DNA from: Phoronis australis
Taxonomy: Eukaryota; Animalia; Phoronida
Assembly (NCBI GenBank): GCA_002633005.1
Contig: NMRA01000171.1
Span: forward strand, 412,762-476,761
DNA length: 64,000 nt
Reading direction: 5' to 3'
Positions 13,276 to 26,100 of the stretch are shown here, one piece after another. The notes below the pieces were generated by a model that saw only the letters and a list, made by a program, of their open reading frames with translations, searched no databases and was not told the DNA's origin. Positions within the stretch are counted from its first letter, which is position 1. The number at the start of each line of letters is the position of its first letter. The translations under genes and the position numbers were made by a program.

Positions 13276-15024
13276 CTGGCAAAGGAAAGAACATGTGACT
13301 GATAAACACATTACTTGAGGAAAGAGTTCAAATTGAGTTGACAATAGAAAATTAGATTCCCACAGGACTGGAAATTGTGAATCCATAAAAATAATATGGG
13401 GACCACAGACTACCATCATCAGAAAACAAAAAAAATTGCATAATTTCATGGCTCGGCACAAATCACATCTGACAGCAAGTAACTTTTGCTGTCTGCCAAG
13501 TGAATCTTCAAAGTTACATCCCCGATCAAAAATTTAATTTGAAGCTCTTGTATTAAGAGCACGGCCCCATTTGGTAAGTACCAGCTTGCAAAATACGACA
13601 TCGCATTTCATCGGGTGGCAAACTTTAGCTAGAATCTCACTCTCCATACACAATGTCACAAAAAGTTCCAAGATTCCCCACCCCTTGCTATGTTATCTAT
13701 CAAACTATTTGAAGAATTTTGAACTTTTCTCACACATTTAGGCATCAAAATAAAGTCTTTACAGTTTCTCCGTGAAATAAGGCCACAAAGGTTGTGCGAG
13801 AGCCAACAGACACAAATGCTCAGTCCATCAGAATCAAATAAAAAATTTCATTCATAATTACAAGCTAATCTTAGAATCTTACTTTTCATGTCAAACACAA
13901 ATTGAATGTTTAATGAGTAAATTTGCTAATGACCTCTGCAAAGAGGAAAATTGTCATAGAAATGATTGTGTGTGACTGTCGAGGTTAATAAATTGATTAA
14001 ACTCCAAATAGTCATCACTCCATCATTGCACCAAAAGCTATTAGCATGGGCCAGTGATGACCACCCAACCATGACAAACAGCACTATCCTAGAGTTATTT
14101 ACACAAGCCCACTCAACCTATTGTTATTGGTCTAGAAACAATAACAGTGAAGACTGGCACTGCTCAACAAAACAGCAGCAGATGTAATGGAGCTATCATT
14201 CTTTTCTCTTGTAATTAATCAATTTTGCCACGCAAAGACTGAAAAGGTTTAGTTTTAAAAATGGGTGCAGTTGTGTGACAAAAAAATTTCACATGCAGGC
14301 AGTTTTATCATTGACATTCATCACTGTTACCTATCCCCAGACAAATAGAATAATTGTAAAATTTAAATCGCTGAGGCTATTCAACTCCTAAGAAGTATTC
14401 TGAGTTGCCAGTTAGGATGTGGATTGTTAGGTGATAAGAGTACCTTGTAGAAGTTCTACTTTTCCAGGAGTAATTGCTTCAACTATACATTAGTTTTCGT
14501 TTTGAAATTTTGAAAAAATAAATTCCAGTTAACTTCAGTACTGTGTGCCAAATAGCGGATAGAATTGTGGTGTGACGTTCATTTAAATGAATACTAAACA
14601 CAGCACATACAGTATAATAAACAAGCCAAAAATGCAAACCTAATGCTATTTATACCTTAAACACAATGTACACCATGAGCCACAGTTGGATCTGTCACTA
14701 ACTGAGGCCAGTTAAAAACTCATTACCCATGATTCTTTAAGAGGTTTGCAGAAAGAGAAGTGGATACCAAAAGTGAGCACTAAACTCATAAAATTGCCAC
14801 TAAGGGCGCAGCTGAACTGTAACACACAGCAGTGTTAATGAGGCAGATGTTGCATCCCCTCTTCACCTGCCTAGTAATTATCCTTTTATGTAAAACAAGG
14901 CCTGATATCAGATAATACAGAGTGTAGGTAGAGGCAGGGGGGTTCAAGCATGCCATTACCAACTTCTCGATTCACTACAGAAGTTTTTCATTCCTCCACT
15001 TGTTCATTTCTGCTGCCAATTGTC

Positions 15025-15310
15025 ACCATTTCTCTCCCCCTCCCAGTACCAACCATTTCTCTCCCCCTCCCAGTACCAACCATTTCTCCNNNNNNNNNNN
15101 NNNNNNNNNNNNNNNNNNNNNNNNNNNNNNNNNNNNNNNNNNNNNNNNNNNNNNNNNNNNNNNNNNNNNNNNNNNNNNNNNNNNNNNNNNNNNNNNNNNN
15201 NNNNNNNNNNNNNNNNNNNNNNNNNNNNNNNNNNNNNNNNNNNNNNNNNNNNNNNNNNNNNCTCCCAGTACAAACCATTTCTATCCCCCTCCCAGAAGCC
15301 ACCAATTCCA
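15025..15310. repeat. 27-bp C-rich minisatellite spanning the N gap at 15090-15261
   Basis: Unit ACCATTTCTCTCCCCCTCCCAGTACCA on both sides of the gap. Confidence 0.85.
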
Positions 15311-16174
15311 TTCCTCCGATTGCCCCACACCATAATTTTAGTTCACAGGTTCGGATTATCAGTTCGCTACAGCCCAAAAATACAAAATCACAAAAATGGT
15401 ATCATTCAAATCAGGGTTCGCGGATATGTGCAAGCATCGCAAAACTGCCATTTCATGTGTCACAAAAACGACCTTCACTTCCACATGATATAATGACCAG
15501 AACAATTAGTAGCCCAGTTGACACATCCAGCTCAAAAGACAGACTGTGAACAGATTACCTCAGTTTTACCACCAGCCTAGTCACAGCTGTACCATATCCC
15601 AAAAGCAAGCGTTCTTTTAGGGAGACTAAGGTAGGCGAAAATACCATAACAGCTACTGGGGCAATACAAGTATTTGCATAAGTCTGAAAATCAACATCAA
15701 CCATTGTCTCTTCAACAGAGACATATCCCTCGAATTTTATGACAATTCTTCAAATCGTTTGAAAAACGTTAAAAATAAAACTAAAACACAGCGAAGAGGT
15801 TGAGGATATATAACAATGGACGACCAACGTTCAGGCAGAGATAAGTGGCAGTAGACTACATACATGTAAATGTGGGTGCACGAAAACTAGCCTTGCACAA
15901 TTTTTTCCGTGAAATTAAATAACATTCAAAAACTGTTAAAAAGTAATGAAAACAAATACGAGCTGCTTTAAAAAAGTTGTCCAATTACACCAAAATTCAC
16001 TCAGCTTAACAACGTTATTGTAAAACCCCCAGAGGCAAACAAACAAATATCATTGGAAAATTAGTTGAAAATGCTCAAGAATACATCCACATACCTGGAA
16101 CATCATTGTGGACCAGTCAAAGATCATACAAATATAACATTGACATCATAAGTAACACTATAGACATAGGGTAC

Positions 16175-16370
16175 CTTAACAACAGGTACAATGGTTCTTA
16201 TCCTGTCATGCTGTATTGGGATACGGGACACCAGCTTCTTATATGGACTGTTGCGGTGAGATGCTTCGTGACTTGTGAAGTACTCCAACGTCCATATAAT
16301 ACGGCCCACCTGCACTGAGCCAGATGTACGGTTGTCCACCTTGAAATTGCACGTGAAAATCTCCTGGATG
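16175..16370 (-). CDS. TMEM132: TMEM132-family gene, coding exon 4
   Basis: Acceptor TTTCCTTTCTACAG and donor AAG|GTACCC; 196 nt, phase 2-0; encodes IQEIFTCNFKVDN...GRIIWTLEY...IRTIVPVVK, matching the family 'I.W.VEY...I..IVP' pattern. Confidence 0.85.
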
Positions 16371-17580
16371 CTGTAGAAAGGAAAAGAAAAGTTATAGCCT
16401 TCATTTTGCAGTCAAACGATGAGGATTATTTTTTAATATATTGTAATATGCATCAACTAATGAAAACTCATCATTTTGAACATCGGTTGAAGTCAGAATT
16501 GAAGTTTAGCGTATTTTAAATTAATTTTCTAGTTAGTAAAATTGACTATATTACGCTAGAACAAAACAAAAAAATCCTCTCCCTAAAGGAAATACCATAT
16601 TCCTTTTAATTAGTTTCACTTCTGAGTTGCTCTTCCCACATGGTTCATCAGAATTTGAGAAAAAACAGGTAAAGGTGTGGTTCAATGAAGTAAAAATTAC
16701 TCATTTCAATACAGAAGAATAGTGACGAAAGACACCCAAATCAACACCAAAACTCTTGAAACACGTATTTCACAACCAGGCTCAGCCTTGCTCTCCCCAC
16801 AAGAAAGATATTTGTAACAATTCACACCAATACATCACCATCAGGGGATCTAGTAGATATTGAGGCAGGCACACAGAAGCAAAACTGTCACTAGACATGC
16901 TTTCTTTTTAATAGGAGCATATTCCTCAAATGTGACGATGATCCATATTACTGTTTCACAGATAGAGGTGAATACCATTAATGCAAAATTGCCATTAGGG
17001 GAGCGCACAGAACCACGAAGCCATCCCAAAATTGTCAGCAGGTGACATACCTGTCATGTTCATAAGAAACCTGTCAATTTCTTGACGAACCTGCATAGGA
17101 TCAGATCACTAGAGCTGGGCACCATGGAGACCACGTACATTAAGTGATATAGCCGAGGATGACAGCTGCCAGACACAGATGACACAAATACTCACTCACA
17201 AGTATGTAATGTGAAACCATGAAAATGTAAGGTTTCACGGCCAGGTTAAAAATAATTTTATTATGTAATCATTGGTGATGCAAGAAATTACCTTAAAAAC
17301 AAAACACATGAAATTTTTTTCGCACGGCAATTTTATAAGTCAGGGTTCCTGCCCTCCAAATTTCTAAATATGCCACTATCTAGTTTCTATAACTAAAATC
17401 AATATATCACCTCCCATCGTTAGGAAGAGGCCCAAACTTCAGGAAGAGTTGGCCAACACTGTCAAATTTGATGACATTTGGAGGTTCTTTATATTTGCTA
17501 TAGCCCCAAGTGGTCTGTTTGGGCATAAAAGTAATTTTATTTCAGCAATGGAAAGGTTTGAGACACTTCATGTGGTTGCG

Positions 17581-17687
17581 GGGTAGATTTATAAATTGGG
17601 GTAGATTTATAAATTGGGGTAGATTTATAAATTGGGGTAGATTTATAAATTGGGGTAGATTTATAAATTGGGGTAGATTTATAAATT
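17581..17687. repeat. 18-bp perfect minisatellite, 6 copies
   Basis: (GGGTAGATTTATAAATTG)n. Confidence 0.95.
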
Positions 17688-19169
17688 CCTTTACGATGGA
17701 AAAAGAAGATCGATGAGCCTTTAAATTTCCCCAAGACATGACAACAGAATAATTGATTTACATGTGAACAGTAAGATGTCCAACCTGCTAATTGCAGTTC
17801 ATTTTCACAAGACAATGCCGTGCTGCTAGGTGGTGTGATAGAATATCACCAATTTAGAATATCACAATAATGGCACGTGAAATTTTATTTTATCATTTTT
17901 AAGTACCAACCAATAAATGCCTTTTCTTAGGCTTTTTAAAATCATTTTTAACCTCTATACTAAAGCTTCCACCTAACGGTGTCTGAAATACTGTAACCAT
18001 TCATTGTTTCCCCTGCATGTAAAAATCTGGGTATTCCGCAACGATCCTTATTGGCACCACTACTCATAACCTTGGCCAAATTAACCACCACACAACTAAT
18101 CCTTATGGGGAAAACTTCATCACTAAGCAATAATTGCTAGTAAAAACGAATACGCAACAGACAAGTTACATGGCTACCATCGACGTTTGCGGATTGAATG
18201 GAAAACAATTTAAAGTCAGATTTTGAAATTTATTCTCCTTGTTAAACAATCATTTTATCCCCATCCTTCCTTGGGTTCACTTACAATTAATGATCTGGCC
18301 CACATTTGGTACTCCCTGGTGGTAACACAATGCACAGCAATTGAATACAGTCAGGGACCAGGCAACGACCTTGACATTAGTTTTCTAAAATTGTGAAGCG
18401 CCAGAAGCACCAATGAACATTGATGACATGGGTGGAGAAACAGTAAATTTTATTTATTTTACCGGGTTCTTTACAAGAGGTCGTACCACAATGTGAACTA
18501 TAGGCGCATGAAATAGTCTAAAATTTAATGAACCATAGACCAGTCTAGTTATCTCAGTAGTCATCTGCATGGAATGGATGAATAACTCATCTGCTATGCC
18601 CGCCAAAATACTGATACAACTGATTTACATTGAGCAAGAATATAAAAAATAATATTAACTAAAGTTTCGTTATACAAGTTAGTTAATCACGTCTAAACAG
18701 GTTCAAATATTTTATTCATTCTAAGTATGTGCCTACAGCAGGAGAATTTAATATTAACGAGTAGTCTGAAGTCCTGTCCTGGCGTGTCCGCTTTCTCACG
18801 CAACTTTAATTGGTGAATGAAATATTATATACAGAATGACACAAAACTTTTCATACACTGAGATGACACAGTGACATTTCACTGTAGTGCCAGACTCCAC
18901 ATCCACTGCGACCATTCACCACAATGCTCCTTTCGAAGCCCACGCAATGGGGGGATCCCACGCTCCATACTCGCGTGTGGCAACAGGCTTTGCATTCCGC
19001 TGGGACCATTCACCGGGATAAAAAATAAAAAACAGGTAAACTTTGGATTTTTTTCGCAATTGTTAAGATCTTTAAGTAACATTACAAGTTCAATGGGAAA
19101 GAAGATAATGAAGAGAATTGTTTTTTAAAAGACCATTCGGTTTATGGAGGTTGCAGCATACGTCATTGC

Positions 19170-20180
19170 AGGATCACATTTAAGGACGAACACCCTCAAT
19201 ATTGGCTGGGCTGCATTCCATGGGCTATGAACACCATGGTCACAGTTTAGAATGATGAACACCCTCAAAATTGGCCGGGCTGCATTCCATAGACTATGAA
19301 CACCATGGTCACAGTTTAGAATGATGAACACCCTCAATATTGGCTGGGCTGCATTCCATATAGACTATGAACACCATGGTCACAGTTTAGAATGATGAAC
19401 ACCCTCAAAATTGGCCGGGCTGCATTCCATAGACTATGAACACCATGGTCACAGTTTAGAATGATGAACATCCTCAATATTGGCTGGGCTGCATTCCATG
19501 GACTATGGGCACCATGGTCACACTTAAGGACGAACACCCTCAATATTGGCTGGGCTGCATTCCATGGACTATGAACACAAAGATCACACTTAAGGATGAA
19601 CACCCTCAATATTGGCTGGGCTGCTTTCCATGGACTATGAACACAAAGATCACACTTTAGGANNNNNNNNNNNNNNNNNNNNNNNNNNNNNNNNNNNNNN
19701 NNNNNNNNNNNNNNNNNNNNNNNNNNNNNNNNNNNNNNNNNNNNNNNNNNNNNNNNNNNNNNNNNNNNNNNNNNNNNNNNNNNNNNNNNNNNNNNNNNCC
19801 ATGGTCACAGTTTAGAATGATGAACACCCTCAATATTGATTGGGCTGTATTCCATGACTATGAACACCATGGTCACAGTTTAGAATGATGAACACCCTCA
19901 ATATTGATTGGGCTGCATTCCATGACTATGAACACCATGGTCACAGTTTAGAATGATGAACACCCTCAATATTGATTGGGCTGTATTCCATGACTATGAA
20001 CACCATGGTCACAGTTTAGAATGATGAACACCCTCAATATTGATTGGGCTGCATTCCATGACTATGAACACCATGGTCACAGTTTAGAATGATGAACACC
20101 CTCAATATTGATTGGGCTGTATTCCATGACTATGAACAACATAGTCACACTTTAGGATGATGACCAACCCTCAATAATGG
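19170..20180. repeat. ~68-69-bp tandem repeat spanning the N gap at 19663-19798
   Basis: Unit GAACACCATGGTCACAGTTTAGAATGATGAACACCCTCAATATTG(G/A)(C/T)TGGGCTG(C/T)ATTCCATG(G)ACTAT. Confidence 0.95.
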
Positions 20181-23100
20181 CATTCCATACATTATAAACA
20201 CTTGCAGAAAGCTAACTTGATCACATCCTTGAACATTTGTAAGGTACAATGTCTCGCCAATACTGAAGTGATCGGACAATGCATAGTTTCTTGTGGAGCT
20301 ACAGAAAGCAGCCCTGAATTTTAGAATCACTTCATTTTCAACAATTAGTCTACCAAGCAAAGAAATTTTTAATTGCCCAGAAAAAATTACCCCCAGCGGA
20401 GAGGCTAAACACATGTCAGTTCAAACCTATTGAATGCACATCTGTTTAAAATCAGGAAGAAAAACACTACTCTGAAAGAGAAAAGGTCAAACAGACTGCA
20501 GTTTCCCCGAACCCCAAAATACCTTACCTTAAGGCAATCATCAACCTTTGTGGATTTTTTTGCATTTTTTCAGATTTCGTATAAAATATTGCTGCCATCT
20601 TTATTTTCTAACTATAAAAGTTCTTTAAGCACGATATTTACATGCCACAAATGTGATTGTTTGGGACAACCTCAAGTACATGGCACATATCTTTGCGAGT
20701 GATTAAGTCAAATTTTTTGATTTTTCACAATGTTTAGTAGTTTTGAAAGTTTCTTTACAATGAGTAAGTTAATTAGTGTAAAATTTTAGACACTTATGAT
20801 CTATGGCCGAGGGATTACAATGTCTCAAAATTTTTATGTTCTTTTTAACAACCGATATGTTAGCCGTCAATAATTATGAAGACTTGGATATTATTTTCAA
20901 AAGAGAACTTTGTGGCTGACATATTAGTAATGTTAGGCTCTAAATGAAAATAAGAAGTCAAGAGTCACAGTTCCCTGCGTATTGGCAATAAGTGCGGAGT
21001 TTGGAGGTGTGTGTCTAGAATCTGTACAGTGTATGTTTAGTGTTTGCAGGTCAAGAAGTGGGGTTTCAGGGCTTGAAGTCGGAATTTTGAGGTACAGCAA
21101 AGGAATCATTTCCATCCCATAATGCAAAATGATCCTGATGCAATTTAGGGACTCCGGGGACTATAAAAAATTTGAGCAGATTAGTCCATCAACAGGGCAA
21201 AAAGTCTTGCTCAGCTTAGTTAGCCAAATCTTATCTAATGTCATCACATACCAAAACCTGAAGGATGGAGCAATTTGCACTGAAAGGGCCTTTGTTTCAC
21301 ACAAACTTAAGGCAGGCTAGCTGGATATTGCTGAGATCCCACAGAGTTGGTTATCATGTTTAAATACCACAGACAGCACAGATCAATAGATCTAATACAA
21401 TGTGAAAACAAACTTTAATAGTAGCTTTTTGCCTGTGAGATAATCTGGACTAGTTTGTTGTCAAAACATATTTTTGGTTTACAAGATAACTTACCATCAT
21501 AAGAAAAGATTAAAATTACCTTATGGTAATTCTGAAACAAGATGTTCAAAGCATTGTCTTTGGATGGTCACCGATTTTTTCATATGAGGATGCTTGTCCA
21601 ATTTAGTTTTTGGAAATGATTCTGACTGAAACTGCAATCCAGCTTCATGTCTGCCACAAACTAACAAAGTTTAACAACTCACAATCCCATCATGGGTCAC
21701 TCACAGACCAAAGCAGTCACTCACCAACACCATATACCTATACTTCAAAACATGAAAAATAACAAAACGTGAGAATGCACACTTTCGGTGCCACTTCCTT
21801 TTATATGGCGAACATACAGTGTGGGGTACGATGTAGCGCAGATTAATCTGGACTCCACATGAGCTTTAAAAATTGTAAAACCCTGATAAGGAAGATTTCA
21901 GGTAATTTGTTGAGTCGAAACTATATTTTTATTCAAGAGTTCAAGTTTTCCTATTGACGATTGCATCAGTAGGCAAGTTTTCGCCCTGTGATGAGCACAA
22001 TTTTTTGAAAAATTATTGTAATTTAACAACGGAAGTTGATAGCAATGCACCACAATTTTGTAGAAAGGCTGTCATAGGCTACAACTACGTCACAGAGCGT
22101 AAATTTGATGAATCCTAGCTTCCGATTTTACCCGTTTGGGAAACTGGGTTTCAACTGCCGTAGGCTCACTACAATAAGCGTCCCCTCCCCGTGAAATGAA
22201 TTTTTCTAAGCGTTTGTTTGAGCCAATACAGTATACAGCTTTCCACCAAGGCTAGGTGATGCAAGACATTATTATTTGTTCTTTGTTGCATTATAGTAAC
22301 TGGTCTTGGCTAATTATCATTTTATGGCCTGGTCATCCATTCAGCCCAAAGTAGTTCCAGAGGTGGCTTATCAGCCAATTATTCACGCATGCTGACTCAC
22401 AATAGAAGCCTGATGAGAGTGAAGGTGGATAAATGCGGTGTNCATCCATTCAGCCAAAAGTAGTTCCAGAGGTGGCTTATCAGCCAATTATTCACGCATG
22501 CTGACTCACAATAGAAGCCTGATAAGAGTGAAGGTGGATAAATGCGGTGTTCCTACAGTTTCTTGTTTTAGTGGATGTGTTCACGACATGGTCCGTAACT
22601 GAGAGCGCATCTCGCGTACGAGACTAACGCAATGCAGACGGATTTGAAAAAACTGATGTCTGACAACTACAAAGGAATATGAAATGAGCATTTACTCTAT
22701 TCAGTATGATAGAACAGAAGGCTTGCAAGAAAGCAAAACAAAAATGGGGGTATATTCACTGCAGGTGGCGACCTCTTTTTTAAACTTATGAACTATCTAT
22801 TTCAAAATGGGTCACATTTTGAGGAACGCTCAAGCTAAAATGCCTAATTTTCGCTTCAAATACAAATGTAACATCCAGATGAACACCCATGCAACTCTTC
22901 AGTGGCAGACCACAGACTATAATTGGATCGATAGCTTTAGTGCACTCACTAATCCTGGTCTTTTAAGCATCCTAAAATTAGTACCATTGTAAATTTAATC
23001 TGGTTTAAATCATCTTTTGCATTATGTTTTAATACTTGTGGTGGCAGGAAAGAATGTTGGTCCACCAACTTAAATCCAGTAGTGCAAAAGGCCCTCAAGC

Positions 23101-26100
23101 CAGCTGACTTGTACAAAGGATGTTATTGATTAATTCTCAAGCTAATGCACAACCCAGTGTAAGATGTTGATGTTTCCACAAACAATCCTGAAGGAGGTAC
23201 TTTGTAAGGAATTGTGAACACTAACAGTCTACCTAAACAAAACAGGAAAAGTGATATCAAAATCTTTGGAATAATTCATTACATATTAATGTCACCTATT
23301 TACAAAAGTACAAACAAGTAATTATGGGTGGAAAAATGAAAATTAATTTTCTTTAATTTTTTAAACAAATAACTGCAGTATTGGAAAGTTTACTTCACCC
23401 TTCAATTTTTAGCCGCGGGGTTGATTGAATGCAATCACGCTTTTAATTGATCTCAACCTGTGAAATGGTGAGTCACCACTGTTTCATCTCCCATCGAACT
23501 CTGAAAATTACCATTTCTATAGAAATTACAACCTATCAAAGAATTATTTACAAAGAATATGATGCAACTGATGAAATCCATAATATTCATATACCAAGAA
23601 TTCCCAAGCCTCTAATTATCTACATGTTACCAACCAGTAGCATTGGGCAGTAATAAATCTCCTAAACTGATCAATAAATTAACACACCACAAACTTCACA
23701 AGACACATCCACTGTACAAACATGCAGTGCCCTGTGGTGTCATATTTTCATTGTGAAGCAAAGAAAAAGACAAAGACCAAATATCTATAACTTTTAAACC
23801 TACTAAGTCTTACACACCTTGAACATTTCCAAATGACAGCTAATTGAAATAGAGCAAAAATGCCCTTTAGCACCACAGCAGGGCTTGACACTAACTTTTT
23901 CATTAACTTGTCTATCAGGCAATTCACTGGCCAGAGGGTAAAACCTGTTTGGCCAAAGTATTGAGTTGTAAAGCCTTCAAGTCAACAATCACCTTAGTAG
24001 ACATTTGCAAGTTGTGTTGTGTGCCATCAAATCTGGATATCATGAGTTAACGCCCTGGGCGCTTAAATTGGGAACCCCCGAGACAGGGTGGTGGGCAATT
24101 ACCCAACCAGTAGGCGCTTAATCCGAAAATTGGCAAAAGTCAGTAGTGGGCGATTACCCAAACAGTGGCCGCTTACGTTTAAATTTTAGACAAACTACAG
24201 TCTTCCTAAAAAGGCAATTTCACAAGTTTTGTCGCCGCATGTTTTTGACCAGATCAAGTGATTTAGATGAATTTCTCACTGTGAGTTAGTTATCATGTGA
24301 CAAAATCTCTGGCTTTGTCATTAATAACACGCACTCCTCAACTGCTTAGTAATAAACGAAAAATTTCATTCAAAGGGAACTCCCGAAAATTCGGCATAAT
24401 GTTGAGGTGTAAATAGCCCGTTGCACCCGCAGTTATGACTTTTTTGCCCTCTAGATTCTACACCTGCCAATACACTCGGCGGGCGTGCGGGCGCCGGCTG
24501 GATAATACTCTGCTTCCCACCATTTCGCACACGTTGTTGCTGTTTCTGTCAATTCAGTGTTCACTGTACAATTTTAAAGTTAAACATGTTTCTAAATGAG
24601 AATGAAAGTAGCAATTGGCCATCAGATCCCTAATGCGATACAGCGTAGCGACATCTTGTGTTTAGNCCAGACCAAGTGATTTAGATGAATTTCTCACTGT
24701 GAGTTAGTTATCATGTGACAAAATCTCTGGCTTTGTCATTAATAATACGCACTCCTCAACTGCTTAGTAATAAACGAAAAATTTCATTCAAAGGGAGCTC
24801 CCGAAAATTCGGCATAATGTTGAGGTGTAAATAGCCCGTTGCACCCGCAGTTATGACTTTTTTGCCCTCTAGATTCTACACCTGCCAATACACTCGGCGG
24901 GCGTGCGGGCGGCTGGATAATACTCTGCTTCCCACCATTTCGCACACGTTGTTGCTGTTTCTGTCAACTCAGTGTTCACTGTACAATTTTAAAGTTAAAC
25001 ATGTTTCTAAATGAGAATGAAAGTAGCAATTGGCCATCAGATCCCTAATGCGGTACAGCGTAGCGACATCTTGTGTTTAGTACGATGAAGCTTTAAAGTC
25101 AGTAGGACAGTGGAATGTTAGTGCGATCTGGAGAGAAAGGTGACAATTTGGTACGGTAGATTATCACGCTGATTTAAAATGTGTTCCGACTACAAACTAG
25201 TCAGGACTAACTACAAAGCGAAAGCAGCTTAAGCAAGTGAGTAAACAGACAGTAGATGAGAAATGACATAAGACCCATGTCTCCACAATAACAACTAACA
25301 CACCACATTATAACAGCAAATTGATTTGGGGTCATAAAAACAAAGTCACCTGCCATTGGTCAAGGATGACTCACAAATAGAGAAACCCATCTTAAGGCCT
25401 TTTCATACCCACTTAACTCCTATCTAAGCAGAGCGTCGACCTTAACTGCGAAATTAACTTAAACCGTTCACACTGGCTACAGAAGTTAAGGAACATCGAA
25501 GTAAACGGCAGGTGACGCTGTTGTCATCGAAGTATTTGCAAGGTAACGCTAAGATTTTTTTAATGTGATAATTTGGAAACATTTACGTATAATAAATTTC
25601 ACATTAATTCTCGATGGATTCACTTCCACATAATAGACAGACTTCATATCAACATATGATCACATTATATCACCATATTTGAACGGAATGCCCATCGGCA
25701 AAACGCTAACAGAATTTATACAGCCATGACATCAAGGTCTTGAAAAAGTGCCAGGGTTTTTGCAAACACCGTCAAATACAAATCCCCGCAATCAAACCAA
25801 ATGATTATTCAGGTTATTGAAGCCTCCTATCTGTCTGTTCCAAAATTTCATTTTAAAATGCCGTTGACTTAATGCCCCCCTCCTGATTTTTAGATTTTCA
25901 ATTTATTTTCAAGGCATTAACCAGTACATGTGCAGTGGATCAATAATTCGTGAACAGTGTATAAACAGAAACAACCAAGCAACAATACTATTAACAGATT
26001 TTCAACATGAATCATTTATTTGACTGTGTTATTAACGATGTAGCCAGTCTGTGAGACCAGTCTGTGAGACGAGCATTATTACGTAGTTGTCATGTCCCCA

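Noticed and set aside
9-20180. Tandem arrays as CRISPR-like loci or repeat proteins (ORFs with FINWGR, PILRVF or LPVPTIS repeats)
   Set aside because: Head-to-tail units without unique spacers in a eukaryotic intron; the ORFs are by-products of unit lengths and N gaps.
22334-22551. ~108-bp tandem duplication
   Set aside because: The copies are joined exactly at a single N (22442) and differ by a few substitutions, typical of overlapping allelic contig ends in a scaffold.
24249-25080. ~415-bp tandem duplication
   Set aside because: The junction is a single N (24666) and the differences look allelic (SNPs and a 3-bp indel); probable assembly artefact.
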